From Genypterus blacodes (lineage: Eukaryota), in contig NW_027466835.1 of assembly GCF_046128005.1 (NCBI RefSeq), positions 4,686,430 through 4,750,429 on the forward strand: 64,000 nucleotides of DNA, read 5' to 3'. Below the pieces are notes generated by a model. It worked only from the letters and a program-made list of their open reading frames with translations. It did no database searches and was not told the DNA's origin. Below, one piece after another: positions 35,450-48,846 of the stretch. The position numbers were made by a program, and so were the translations under genes. Within the stretch, counting starts at the first letter, position 1, and each line of letters begins with the position of its first letter.

Positions 35450-36320
35450 GCCAGACGTTTTATTTTGAAGGTCTTCCATGGAAGCTGCATGTTTTGTATG
35501 TTATGTTAACTTGTTGCTGACAAGCTGGCGTATTGTAGATTCGGTGACAGTGTAGCGGGGAATGGCACTCACAGCGAGGGGAACGAAGCGTCATAACAGC
35601 CGTACTAAGTAGTAAAAACGCGTTTCCTTCATCTAATTTGTGTCTGTGCGGGGATGAGACAAAGTAAAGACAGCAACAGGCGCGAAAAAACACATTTTAC
35701 TGAACTTTTCCTGGACTTTTTGGAGTATCGACGCAGTGACACCGAGGACTTTGGGGATTTTGCTGCGGACTGCCAGCTTGCTGAGCGACACCTCGGGAGC
35801 AGGGACTTTCTGTCACGTTTGGGTCCATATCACGGTAAGCGTGGCGCGTTACTAGACTTGTGTTTACACGGTGACAGGCCCGGTGGTGCGCGTTGCCAAA
35901 CTTCAGTACAAAGGTCCTCGCTCGCCAGTTTGCGAGCCTGGATCACACCGCGATGTGGCCAGCGTGCGGTGCGGTGCGGGGAGATCTCCACCTCCTCCGC
36001 CGAACTCCCTCCACGGTTCGCCCTTAGTGGACTCATTACTCTAGGAAGTTCGGTTCAACCAGCACGATGGCAAACTTTTACTATGTGCACTAACAAGCCT
36101 TGAGTTCGGCGCAGGTAAACCTCTCTAACTAGCTCTGTATTGTAGCAGAGTGCAGGTAAAGCTGGAGGATTGGATCAGTGTTCGTCACCGCCCACAGGCG
36201 CGCGGGTTCGAAGAATCAACCATTTGTTTACATTAAAGGTTGTTTCGAGATCCGAGTAGCGCCGAACTACAGAACGAGTCGTGTTTACGTCTTGTGCGCG
36301 TTTATCTGTAATGGTTTCAC
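35450..36320. promoter_or_regulatory. Orphan CpG island with no assignable coding exon
   Basis: About 0.9 kb of very high CpG density (cgcgttactag, ggtggtgcgcgttgcc, gcgtgcggtgcggtgcgg, cgcgcgggttcgaag). Plus-strand GT donors follow open stretches at 35827 (atcacg|gtaagc) and ~36114 (gcgcag|gtaaac). No protein similarity recognised. Confidence 0.45.
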
Positions 36321-37417
36321 GTTATTTTATTATTAATACATTATTATTTGTCTTTATTTAATTTTTCTAAATGAATTTTGGAGTGACACTTGCATTGTTT
36401 GAGTTTATCATTTTCAGAATGTACACAATAAAGATAATACTGCCAATCAGCAATACCTTTAACTTAAACAGCATAAACTAAAAAATGTAATCACACACCA
36501 TGAAATAGTGATTTCAGAAAAGGCAGAAGAGATATTTACATGGTGAATATGTAACACAACTGTTTTGATTTTAGTTCTAATGTAAAAGTAATAATTTCAA
36601 TATAAATATCCAACAGTTTTATTGACCCCACAGCTTGGTGCTTTTATGCCCCTCAGGGTAAAATATTTACATTCTTACCCTCAAGGGCAATATTATTTTG
36701 CGTTATTGATCTTTTCCTTTAATTTCCCAAACATGCTGCTGAGGTGGAAGTCCGGGAAGCTGCTTCAAAACATTGGAATGTGCAATACCAACAACAAAGC
36801 CATCTGAGGGGGATTTGTTATTATAAAACTTCAGAACAGAGTGAATATGTAGATCAGAGCTGCACTGTAGAAAAATGAAATGCAAACACGTCCAAACAGC
36901 TTCACGCCTCATCACAACTCTGGCATTCCAGTCTGTGGAGTTACTATGAGGAGATTTTCTCACAGTAAGAAGCTGCATTTTCAAGAATCTTGTGCTAATA
37001 CAAGGCATAGATTCAAAATTCAACTTCCTCCAGCTAATAAAGTGATTGTAGAATATGATCAATACAATGCAATTGATATTCTCTCGTGTATTACACATTT
37101 AGACCAGTAGACCAAGAGACGACTCACTGCAAGGGCTGCAGCTTCCAAACAAAACAATCCTGGTAAGTGTCCATCACGAGTTCCCAGAGTCCAAAGTTTT
37201 ATGCTTCACATTTCATATTTACTTAAGGATTCTAGAATCAGCAAAGGTTTGATAATTTGATTGATGGAGTGACAGTTTTAGCTCTCGTCCCTGCTGCCTC
37301 AAACTACAGGGTTCTGTGTTCTCCCTGTTTGTCATCAGTGCGGCCTTGCAGAGAGGAAGAAAAGCGGGACGTGATGAGTGTTAATGGGAATGACAGCTCT
37401 GCTTACACCCTGTTCTC

Positions 37418-37470
37418 CTGTGTGTGTGTGTGTGTGTCTGTGTGTGTCTGTGTGTGTGTATGTGTGCGTG
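37418..37470. repeat. compound (GT)n microsatellite
   Basis: tgtgtgtgtgtgtgtgtctgtgtgtgtctgtgtgtgtgtatgtgtgcgtg. Confidence 0.9.
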
Positions 37471-39279
37471 CTGTGCTCTGGCTGCCTGGTTATGTAACGA
37501 AACAAGTTGTAACCAAGAACAAAACTGAGCAGGGGTGCAAGCCAGCAGTCATCCCAGCTCAGCTCAGTGATCCAGCTGCATACTGTACACTGAGCATTCC
37601 CCAAAACAGCCTCTGTGTTTACACAGCAACACATTTCTTTAGCTCTGGCCCCATCGCTTGTTACATGCAGGCAGTTTGTGAAGTTAGAACAGTAAAGTAA
37701 ACCCGAAACGCAGGGACAGGGAGGTGTCAGTAGGTAGTGGCAAGGCACCCAAAACTACCAACCGTGACCGTGCAGAGAATGAAGTAGAAGAAGAATAAAG
37801 GCCGATCCGCTGAAGCAAACTTCAACCTTATGTTACAAGGCTCTGAGGAAGACAACATTTGGTCCTGCATTCTGCTTCATGAACGCTCAACAATAGCAGG
37901 AACTTTTCCTGACTGGAGTGCAAACGCAAAGCTCTGACAAACACGAAATGTCCCTCGATGACACAACTGTGGCAACTTCCCTCCTCATACATCGTCAAGT
38001 TGTGTTTGGCCACTGAGCTGGAAGAGTTTAAGTGTCGCGTTCCACTGTAGGAACAAAGTCGATGCGTAGCCAAAGCGAGCATGTAATCCATCACGGAGGC
38101 CCGAGGGCTGCAAACAGGGCCGATCAGCCGCGTGAGTGGATGCAGGTCGGTCAACACAGAGCGAGTCAGGTGATTCCCCCGGCTTATAATACCTCATTAT
38201 AATCCGTTTAACTGCTCGCCTGGTGCATCATTATGTAGCTGAGATGAAAACTAGAAGAACGACACCAACTCGCCTGCTGCAGTTGCATCAATATTCACGC
38301 GGCACAGGAAACACACAAGTGGATCCTTCACGCGCCATTGGCCTTCGAAGGCCCGGTTAGCTTTGATTAAACTGTACTCTCCACTCCTCAGGTTAAATGT
38401 CTCATAGAAGTAGAGGAATATAATATTGCACACCCCAGCACCTCTGAGGGGGTGTGTGTGAACTTGCCTATCTGTGTGTTTGGGTCCATGTTTTCAGCTT
38501 GTTATCCTTCCCCTTGGGCTACGGTTATGTCACATCAGAAGGAATGAAAACACCGTAGCGCTCGCGTGTGCAAGCCAGTGTCGCACCCCAAACAACACAA
38601 ACCAAGTGCAGCAACATCGACGGCTGTCAATTCAGCCGATCAGCTTGTTCTGATTAACTTGTCGCTGACATCAGTAATTTGCCCGATTTGCCTCCCTGTG
38701 TTGATACTTGCTCGGTTTCACCACGTTTTTCTGGTTTAAACAATGCGATCCCTCCCCACGTTTTGCAATCAGGCTTTCCAGACGTGTTTGCTCCCAATTT
38801 GCGGTCTGGGGAAAAACCTAAGAAGAAAACCTAGACACCCACACACACACCTATAAACTCATACTGTAAGTATGTCGTCAATGCCCCATGCTGCAGATTC
38901 TCGACTTCAAACACATATTTAACCCTTCATGAGATCTCCAAGCATGAAAAGGAAAGAAGTCTATTTCCACTATAGAGCAACTATACCAACATGTAACTGC
39001 AACCATTTGACCCAATAGAATCAATATATGTTGTATTTAAAGTGATATGGATTGTCAGTGACCTAGTTCAGATGTAATTTCCAGAAAATCATTACATATT
39101 GATAAGTAGTTGGAATAATTACCATTCAGAGTCGGATATGTGGTTAATCTGTATCTTTGTCCTAACGAGAGGAAGTACGACAGGCTTAGATGCAGATTTG
39201 TACTTGACCAATCCTTACGGCGATTGTAAACTGATACACAATGTCGTTCTGATTATGGTGCGACGTCACCGCCTGTGGG

Positions 39280-40492
39280 GAGTTGGGCTTAGGTGAGGTT
39301 GATGACTAATCTGGGTGTAACGCTGTCGAGGGGTCAACCCTCCCCAGCTCTCTCCTATGGGCCGGGGAGGGTTTGTCTTGGTGCTCGCAGAACTTGTTAA
39401 TTTCGTCCATAAGTATCGACCTCAATCTCTTGGGGCTATCATATCAAATCCCTCCAGAACATCGTTACTTCCACCACTAAAAGTTCTTTTATCCTTTCTA
39501 AGGTTTCGTCAGCGTATTGTTCCGCCCTCTGCGTTTCTCTTCAGAAGATTTTTGCTCGTATCATTGCCAGCATTAACTTTTTCACCCCTGCGATTCTCCC
39601 GAGATAAGAGCCGAATGTCTAAAAAATTAGTGTGTGAGGAAGACGAGGCGGTCTGGCCGATGCTTTTGTGTGTGTTTTGAGTGCACCGGGGGTCTTTTCA
39701 GGGTTTTATTACCTCTCTCTCTCTCCCTCTGATAGTGGGGAGGGGTTTCTTTTTTGGAAAAGTTCTGGCATGCAAGGAACGGCGCCAAACTCTATTTGTT
39801 CTGGCCCAGTTTGTAGGATTAATGGTGGTGAATCCATCCAATTACCGTTGAACTGGAGGTTATTTGAAACGCGGCTAAATCCTGTTGCTCTCCTCGCGGT
39901 TGTTGGTTGTGGTTAGAAGATCTCTGGGTCCTCCGTCTCCAGCACCTTTTGCTTAAGTTTCACTTCCATTTACTTTCTGCCCAACAGTGTGTGTGTGTTT
40001 GTGTCTGTGTGTGTTCACCCGAGTGCTTGTGCGGTTTTACCCACCATTGAGTCTGGAATATCGTAATAGATTAACTGGTGTGTTTTTCTCGTTTTTCTTC
40101 TCTAACTCTCAGGCTCTGCTCTGCTGGTTCAGATGGCTCCAACCCCCTGTTAGGGTACTGACCACAGTACCTACATCAAGACCCCCTTCTCTCCAGACCC
40201 ATCAACAGTACCTCTGTATGGCTCCAACCCCCCCTGGAAGCTCCTGGAAATAACATCACTTTGGAAATAAAGACTGAAAAGAAGAAAAGTTGGACAAGAA
40301 ATTTGAACAGCACAATAGATTTTCTGTCTCTCGGAGCTCAGAGTCGAGGTCGTAGATTGAGCAGCAGACCGCCAAGGGGGTGGAGGAGCGGAGGGTCTCA
40401 CCTGAGGCAGGTTGATGTCTCCATTTCTCAGCATGTTGCTCTGAGGAGGCACCGGGGTTTACGCAAAGGTTGTTTCAACACAAAGCAGGACC
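39280..40492 (+). promoter_or_regulatory. caskin2: CpG- and GC-rich region upstream of the caskin2-like ATG (putative promoter/5'UTR)
   Basis: GC-rich, CpG-containing sequence (ggccggggagggtt..., gacgaggcggtctggccgatgc, cgaggtcgtag..gaccgccaagggggtggaggagcggagggtc) directly upstream of the first coding exon. Confidence 0.4.
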
Positions 40493-40586
40493 ATGGGAAA
40501 GGAACAGGATCTTCTCCAGGCGGTCAAGAGCGGAGACTTGACCTCCACCCAGAAGCTGCTGTCCAAGCTCAAAGCCAACAGAAACA
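40493..40586 (+). CDS. caskin2: First coding exon of a caskin-family gene (caskin2-like ankyrin/SAM scaffold). The remaining exons were not located in the window.
   Basis: ATG in strong Kozak context (ggaccATGG). Encodes MGKEQDLLQAVKSGDLTSTQKLLSKLKANRN, then donor A|gtaagt, phase 1. Compare human CASKIN2 [32 protein letters not shown] and CASKIN1 MGKEQELVQAVK. A CpG-rich region lies upstream. Confidence 0.55.
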
Positions 40587-40865
40587 GTAAGTCGCCTTGT
40601 GGGGATGCTAAACGCTGTTTGAACCTGTGTGTTTTATGGTGCAGGCAAACACCACACGTCTATAAGCCTGACCAGACAGGTTGTTGATGAATGAAACGCT
40701 TCTCTGTCTCTTTGGTCATTTAACTCTCAGAGACACGCTGTCGCATTTTTGTGTGTAGTGGCACAAATGCTCTTTTATTGGATTTAGAGGCGTACTTTGT
40801 TTACGAAAGTGGAGTATGTGAGGCGATCCCGCTGAGAGCGATAGTGATCCCCATGTTGAGTGATT

Positions 40866-40867
<2 letters not shown>

Positions 40868-40902
<35 letters not shown>
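40868..40902. repeat. (GT)n microsatellite in the caskin2-like first intron
   Basis: (gt)15 then gcgcgc. Confidence 0.95.
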
Positions 40903-40906
<4 letters not shown>

Positions 40907-41588
40907 GAATAGAGCTGCTCGGTGGCTGTGTGTTCAGAACGTGACTGCAGAAAGACACTGAGACCCTTAAGACCTGCGGATTAGCCCGGTCCAGCTCCAG
41001 ACTGGCCCTCTGCTGATGAACTCAGGAGGACCAGCAACACCGAGAGCCAAACCTCAAACCTCAAACCTCCTGCCTGCCGTGGCTTCAAATATTAGCGGTT
41101 CTGCCCAATAAACTATGGATTCAGACTAGAGTCTTCCTTAAGAAGGCAATCCCTCATTGGTTGGGTTCACTTGAAAACAGCAATTCTATTAGAAAAGCCA
41201 TGAATTCTGTCTTAGTTAATTCTTCCTTAACCCGGTTACTTAAACCAGGATACTGCTGAATGCTAAGTGTGGAATAATGAGGTAAAAGCACGTAGAAGAG
41301 TCAGGTCAGAGAGTGTCAGGTCTCGTAATTTTACACAAGCAAGTTCACGACTCAAATCTGTGAACTATGCAGTGTAATACAAACTGCAACCAACTGGTGC
41401 AAATGGCCGGTGAGGACTGAGCGCTTTAGAATGTGCAGAATTTTACTATTTTGGCACGAAACTGGTGGAATTCTCCTCAGCTCAGATGTAAATATTGGAT
41501 TTCTAGGATCGATTACGCTCTTTTTTCTGCCCCCTTCCCTTGGGATGAGAGTCTGTTGCTACTGTTTGATGGGAGGTGTTTGATGGCC

Positions 41589-41629
41589 CACCTCCTCCTC
41601 CTCCTCCTCCTCCTCCTCCTCCTCCTCCT
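41589..41629. repeat. (CCT)13 trinucleotide repeat
   Basis: cacctcctcctcctcctcctcctcctcctcctcctcctcctg. Confidence 0.95.
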
Positions 41630-42325
41630 GAAAAACAGAGGCCAAACTGGAGAAGAATGACTCAGGTGCTGCTTTAGATATCAAATCCTCGCCTACAATA
41701 GCTCTTATCTCACGTTACAATAGTCTCGTCAACTCGTGTTTGTAGTCCTTTATACCTCCATACATTGGGTTGTTCACCTACCCACCCAGGTTCGCACAGT
41801 TCATCGACCTGTTTGGGATTCACGGGGTGTGAGTAGGATTGGGTGTGTAGTGTGTGTGTGTGTCTGTGTCACTTTAGAAAAAGGGAGAGGAATTCTCTGC
41901 CTCCTGTGTGTTTCTGTAATCGCAACATGAATATTAACGATGTGACACACTTTCAGTTTCTCTTTCATTGCGGCGCCTGGACAGCTGGAGAGAGAGAGAA
42001 ATGTAACCCTAACTTGCTCTCACACTTCACACCCCACCATAGGCGTGCCACCGTGGCGTGTGCATCCTTTCCTCCATCCGCTTTTCCATGGCCCGGATGC
42101 CCCTCTACCCAGCCACATCCTCCTCTTCTTTTTTAGCTCATTTGTTGTCTGTGGAAGATATAGATGTCATGTTCAAGTGTGTGTCAGAGGAGGCTGGCAG
42201 AAATTGGGTTTAAAGACACAAGATATTAATTAGTATTAACTAAAATCCGCCTCACTTTGACCTGTGCACAAACCCCAGAGTAATCAAGGGAACAGACTTG
42301 TATGGGGGGGTCATTTTCCCACTCC

Positions 42326-42369
42326 TGCTCCTCCTCCTCCTCCTCCTCCTCCTCCTCCTCCTCCTCCTC
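42326..42369. repeat. (CTC)n trinucleotide repeat
   Basis: ctcctgctcctcctcctcctcctcctcctcctcctcctcctcctcg. Confidence 0.95.
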
Positions 42370-45300
42370 GCTCGCCCTCTCTCCCTGTGAATCTCTATGA
42401 CTAATTGCTTGGTCTCTCCCCGTCTCCGTCCTCGCAGCAGAGATGGTGCCTGACAGTTGTTTTTGTTTGACGTTCATGTGACCAAGAAAGGGGCTGTGCA
42501 GGGGCCCCAGGCCAGCAGGAGGTCAGGCTTAATCACAGCGATAACCCGTCACCCCCCGGCCTATTTGGGGCACGCAGCCAGTGTCCAGTGTCTTTTTTGG
42601 TTCTGATCCTTTAGTGATAAGAGAGCGAGTGTCCTGAGATAATGATTTGGGGTGTTGGGGGGGGACACACACTGTTGTCATTTGCATTACCTTTGTTTGT
42701 CAAACATGGACAGGTCTTGTATCCCTTAGATGTCTTTCAACCCTAGCTAGTTGAAGTTTGTGTTAGAAAAGATCAAAAATATACATTTATCGTGACTCTA
42801 CCTCGTGTTTTGTATGAAGTATATAATATAGAAATCCTTGAAATCTAATAAACCCAACAAGCCTTTTGAAAAGTTAACAGCACCAGCAGCAGAAACTGCT
42901 TCTCCTGTTCTCGTCATATCAGAACTTTGGAGAGTCAAATAAAAGTGGACTGCGACAGGGAAACACCTGGAAAATCAAACAAACGGCAGACAGCTCAGAC
43001 AGTAAAATCCCTCTCATAAACAGAGTGGAAGAATACAAGGAAGAGGAGCGCTCACTCTCTGTTCTTAAGGCCGCAAAATTACAGAGGAAGTCACAAGGAG
43101 CAGTGCAAAGAAAAGAATCTGAAAATATGATCCAACCAGATCAGTCAGTGCATGTACCAGACGAGGTGGTGGCAGGTGTGACGGGGGGGTGAAGGCCGCA
43201 GTAAACGTCGTAAAGTGTCCAGGCAGGAGGTCGTCGTTCCCCTGCGACGAAGCTGGAGCTGCCCCGGCCAGCTGACGGGCCTGTTTTGTCTGTCTTTAGT
43301 CCCTGAGGGGCTTCCTGCAGGCTGTCAGATTACCCCAGCACCCATTGTTGTTCACCTCACCCCACCCAATTTATCACATTATATTTTACTCGAGAGCTTT
43401 TTGGCTATTGTTATGGACAACACCGGCCTATTAAATGGCCAGGGACAATCAGTAACCCTCCACCCCTCCTGCTGCCGTCAGATCGCCCCACCAGATAGGG
43501 AAGGATACTTTTGGGCAAATTGCCCACGTGGACTGATATTGGGAAGCTTTTACTCGTTTACAGCACCCAGATGTTGCACGGTCAGGATTAGAAGCGATTG
43601 CAGTGTGAGGGCAGAAGAGTTATCAGATTTACTGGAATCTCATTGTCATACCGAAGCTATTGAGGCACACGGTACAGCATTAGGTTTCCACAGGTCCCTC
43701 TATGGAATTACAACTGAAAGTTACTAATTGAATAACCTCACCACCAAAGCATTCTTTGGAAAAGTGAATCAAAAGCTTTATTTGGTGTTATTGAGACTAT
43801 GTAGAGCAACACACAGTGGAGAATTAAGCCAAACTCAAGATGAAAGTACCTGTAACTCGGCCAAAGTGGCTATAGGGAGTGCCTCTCAGACCCTTTTTGT
43901 CTAAGATATTAAACTGAATAAATCTTGCCTCATTAAAGTTTCTTGCTGGTTTATCAGAAGCAAAAGCTGAAGAACACATTGAGCAGACAATGCCAGAGAA
44001 GGTGGCAGTGATTTAAACGTATATTTAAACCACAAACGATTGCAAGTGAAAGCCTCCTTGGTGGATGACATCGCCATCTGTCTTTTTTAGACAAAAGTGT
44101 GCCGCAGGAGGCATTATTATTGACCCAATGGAGTGATGTTCTCCGTTGAAGCTCATCAGCGCTCCATTATTGGACCCTCATAAAACTGTCGTCCCGCTAT
44201 GAAAAGCGATGCCGTTTTGAAAGCCTCCAGACAAAATGCAAAGCGGCGTGGCGGAGGCTGTGCAGGCCACAGTGGAGGGAGCAGCTGAGGGGACGGGCTG
44301 ACTAACGCCCACCCTGGATATCTGCAGTCTCTTCACTCACTCTTCTTTGCATGTTTTATTCATGAGTTTGGGTTCATACCAAAGCCCACCCAATCACCCC
44401 CCACACAAAATCTTCCCTCTTCCCTGCCTGCGCCTCTTTGGCTCTGTTGGCAGCGCTCCTCCATGAGCTCCTCACTCTCTCAGATCTCCGTGACCTCCAC
44501 CTTACTTCTGCTTTGTTGACTGCTGTTGTGCGCACTCGCCCTCACTGGTTTGTATCAAAATGTATTTTTGCTTTTCCTGCTGACAAGCAGGGAATAACTG
44601 AGTCACTTGACATCCTCAGTATGGAACTGGAACAAACTCTGAGATTCACACCCACACTTTCCCATTCACACTATTAAAGAAATTCAGAAAAAGGAAATTG
44701 CCTTTACATAATATGTGCTTTTCTCTGGGTGAAGGTCAAGAAGAAAGATCTCACTTGCTTCATGAAGTGTAGGAGACATTTTCTACAACGTTGCCCCACT
44801 GCTGCCCGTCCTGCCCTTTTCTCATAGCAAAACAAAAACCGTCACAGCGAAGGAAAATTTCCACTCTCTTTTAGACGAGAAGGTGTTAAAACCTTTAAGA
44901 CAGTCCGTGAAATTCTATTTCTGCTAGTATTTGCCTGTCAACTCCACTGTTGGTGTGCGAGATGTTTAATTGGTCCACTAAACAGACAGGTCCCCCTATA
45001 GCCTTTAAAGGAGGGCAGTCATACCTAGTCAGACAGGGAAAACAAAGCTCTTGTGTGTCTGTTGGGAAAGGGGCCCCTCAGGACCTCTGGCTGTCATGGG
45101 TTTAGATCAGTATGTGACGTAACAGGAAAGAGAGGAAAGGCTTAAGTGGAAGTTGGAAGGCTAAGCAAAGGTTATCCTGACTCAAGAGCGCTTTGAAAAA
45201 GGATGCAAGTATTTCATATCTGTATTTCTGAATGGAGCTCCAGGCCCTTCAGTCTGTAATCAGGCTATGTAGAGACTACAGGAAGCAGACTGCTGGAGTG

Positions 45301-48300
45301 GCAGGCTGGTGTTGACGCTGTCAGCTGGTCTCGTATATTTTAGCCACCCAGATGTGATTAGAATGATATTGTGCAAATGAGCCTGTCTGCGCTTGTGTCC
45401 GGAGTGGTGCAGGAAAGTGGATAATCACCCACTGCTTCTTCTAAAGAGGGCCTTTGAAATGACAACTTGAAGATTAGAACTCTAGCACCAGGCTTTGCAT
45501 CGTGTGTATAAAGAGAAACGTAGTGTCTGCCGGAGTTATTCTTTATTGTATTACGTAAAAGATTTAACTCTTACTTTTAGCTCTCCTTTTGTAACTCCCA
45601 AGAAACACTCTTTGGACTGATTGCAGTTTTACATATGATCATATGATTGTGAGTTCTAGGCTCATGTGGGCTCGAGTTCTGAGCAACACTTTCTGTCATC
45701 ACCTCCTATCCTACTCAAAGCATTTGATTGCCAGTTCCTTTGGCAGTCAGATGAGCCAATAGGCAGATGTTGACACTGGCAGCAAGAGGTAACAATCATC
45801 AGATAATCTGATGGTCGTAAAACTCTCTCCCAGGGTCTGTGGGATTTTTGTTTGGTGAAGTTTCTTTTGCAGGACGATGCTGTGTTGTACTCTCAGCTTT
45901 GTCGCTTTCTGTACTTGAATATCTTCCTGCCGCCGTCCCGATGCGGATTTAAAATGATGCAAATTGAGTGCAAATAGAACACAATGTGACTTCAAAGTCG
46001 GCCCTAATGAAACTCAAATGAGCTTACCAACTGTGACTATTGAGACGGGAGCTTCTAATTCCGTAAAAAACGGAATTTAAGATGCTTTGCCCCCCCGTGC
46101 TACACAGAACAGAAGAGTCAACGCACAACATGACTTATGAGACACAGCTGTGCACTTAACGTTTCCCAGTTATTTTTCCAAAAATCCCCAAACTTGTATC
46201 CGTGCCAGCCATTGTCCACAGACACACAACATAGCGGCGCACTCTGCATTTGAATGTGGAGGCATGAATAGAAGGGGTGATGTCATGCCGTTGGTATGTG
46301 TACCCCATAGCAATACCTTCCATTCCTTTTCTAAAGCTGCCTGGAATTTGACTCCACTGAAATACAGTATACATACATTGAGTTTCCAGAAGTTTAGAGG
46401 GGCTGACAAGAAAGAAGGTGAGTGAAGCCCCATGGGCGGTGCAACACTGTTACTGTTCCTTTCCCAGGATGTCTGTAAGACAACCTCAAACAGAATGTGA
46501 CTCAAAGGCGAAAAATGTAGTTGTAGTTTTTGACACAGCGATGAGGAAATTGGGAGCCTTGTCTCAGATATGGAAAAGCACAGTGGGGAAGCTTCCGGGT
46601 ATGAAAGAGAAAGTCGCCTGTGATCTCTCCCTCCTGCAGCTAGTGTGTCACCTTATCTCCATTACTGTAAGTGGCGGCTTGATGCGCCGCACCCAGGCTG
46701 ACCGCCAAACAGGCATGCACGGTCACATGCTAGAGGCGTGTGTTCAAGGCAAGAGGACGGGGGTGGAAGTGTTGGTCTGCCACGATCCTGCCGGCCAGAA
46801 AGATGAAAGTTTGCCGCAAGGAAAAGTCCATTATGAGCAAAGGATAGGGTGTGGAGTCTAACTCATATCCTCGGAACAATATGTGTGGAGTGTTCTGCCT
46901 TGTTTTGTTTTTGGTTGAAAATAGGAAAAAGCTTGAGAACACAAAATGCATACATGGCACCCCACCCACTGCCACTTCACAAGGAACAATGCAAGGATTC
47001 CAGGGATACAGAGTTGATGTGTTCAGTCTCTGTGTTTGTGTGTGTGTGTGTGTGAGGCTTTTTATTGAACGTGGTCTAAGGTTTGGAGTCAATGCTACAG
47101 GGAAATATTATTTCCGTGCCTTTACTGCTTGACTCCTCATAAAGAACATACGAGACATTTACCATGCTGTGGACTGTGGGGGTTCAAGCCAAACCTAATT
47201 AAGAACAACAGAAAGATTTGTTTTAGCTTTAAGCCAGCGACTAAACATGCTGTGCATGGGGAAAATTGGGCGCTCATTAACAAGTTGGTGTCATAATGTG
47301 AGTATTTACTGGCCATAGGGGTGCGTGCTTTGCCAAAGACAAGCCGTGCTGTCACGCAGTGACTGGCCGACTCGCTAAAGAGGACCTGGGAGGCTAGTGC
47401 TACATCGTCAACTGGCCATTAGGTCCCATTAGGTCCTGCCCTACAATCAGCCATATTCATGAGGACCATCCATCTCCAGAGGGTCTGTCGCTGTCACCCA
47501 GTCTGGAGTGGCACGGGGGGGCGGAGGGTCCTGCTTAGCATTTTTACAGCAGCGCGTGAATGGAGGCTGCTGTCAGCACCTTCCAGCTGGATCAACACAA
47601 TTGAAACTAAACGTCCTACCTCCTCCGCTTGGCCCTCCTTTTTCCTCATTAGGATCTGTTGACTTTTAACACACTTCTAACCCGAGTGAAGTCAGAAAAG
47701 TCAACCTTGAGTATTCATATGCAGAGGTGAATCATGATTCTCCAGATGAGCATGTGAGATGCACAAAGCAAACTGAGACATTCCTTCCTCTTGATTGTAG
47801 TTTGCATTGCCAGAGAGTTTCTTCAGTTAAGTGTTAGTTCTACATTTGCCCAATAGCGGTCAGGCTATTCTGGGTGTTTTCAGAGGAAATAAAACACACC
47901 GGCAGCGTGTTCATCATGTTTCCAACAAGTGTGTTCCCTTCACTCTGGTCCGCTACCATTATGGCATTGAAGTTGTTGTAAACCAGGTGTTTGGCCGTAG
48001 TGTTTCGCTTTCTCACTGAAGCCCGTATCAGGATGGATATCAGGACGTATCAGTCATTCTTCTGTTTCTCATTCATCAGATTACACTGTGCTCAGTATCT
48101 CTTGTTTGATAAACCTGCTGCATTGTGCATCACGTGCCTGTCAGCCACCCTTTCTCCTTTGGCGCCTACTCCCAGCTGGGGATGAACACAATGCATCAGC
48201 GACCTGCATTTGCATGCCTGGCAAACTAACATCAGCTGTCTTGTGGGTCTCCGTGTGCTCAGTACACACCCTTATCTCCCCTGTACGTCTTTCCTTCGCT

Positions 48301-48773
48301 GCGAGTCCCACAGGACTCTGGTCGGCCCTGGCCTCCAGGAAAGGTCTGGTCTGGGAAAAAAATGACAGAGTGAGACACTTTGTCAGGGCAATTAGTCCGT
48401 AAAAGCCCCCTGTTTTCAACATGTTTTTAATGACTGCTTTTGTGTGTGAGGGTAATCTTTAAAGTAAATAAAGAGGCTGTAATTTTAGAAGAATAACACT
48501 CTGAGAGTGGGAAAATGGACACATTGGCGTACACATGAAAACCTTATGAAGTGATCAGATCTTTTGTGTCTTCTTGCATATTATCTTGTTATCTAATGGA
48601 GTTTTGATTCTGATAATCTTTCCTACCTGCCCAAGTTTCATCAAATTTGGCAGCTTTTTGAGATATCCTGCTAACAATCACACAAACAGGACCAGTAACA
48701 CACCATTGTAAGCGTAGATGATGTGGTCATTATTCTGCACAGAGAACACAGAATGAAAACTGTAAAGAAGTCG

Positions 48774-48846
48774 CGAGCCAGCCAGGAGTCGAACCTGGAA
48801 TCTTCTGATCCGTAGTCAGACGCGTTATCCATTGCGCCACTGGCCC
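48774..48846 (-). tRNA. tRNA-Arg (anticodon ACG), 73 nt
   Basis: Minus-strand sequence GGGCCAGTGGCGCAATGGATAACGCGTCTGACTACGGATCAGAAGATTCCAGGTTCGACTCCTGGCTGGCTCG. It has a 7-bp acceptor stem, anticodon loop CTACGGA, and T-arm GGTTCGACTCC, and is identical to the canonical vertebrate tRNA-Arg-ACG as remembered. An oligo-T run (ACAGTTTTCATT) lies within ~15 nt downstream. Confidence 0.9.

Noticed and set aside
35654-36103. 149-aa ORF inside the orphan CpG island
   Set aside because: I recognise no homology, its composition is typical of translated GC-rich non-coding DNA, and it is interrupted by good splice donors. It is kept as a regulatory region, not a CDS.
43215-43727. 170-aa plus-strand ORF in the caskin2-like intron
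   Set aside because: No recognisable domain, no similarity to the expected caskin ankyrin repeats, and no convincing flanking splice sites.
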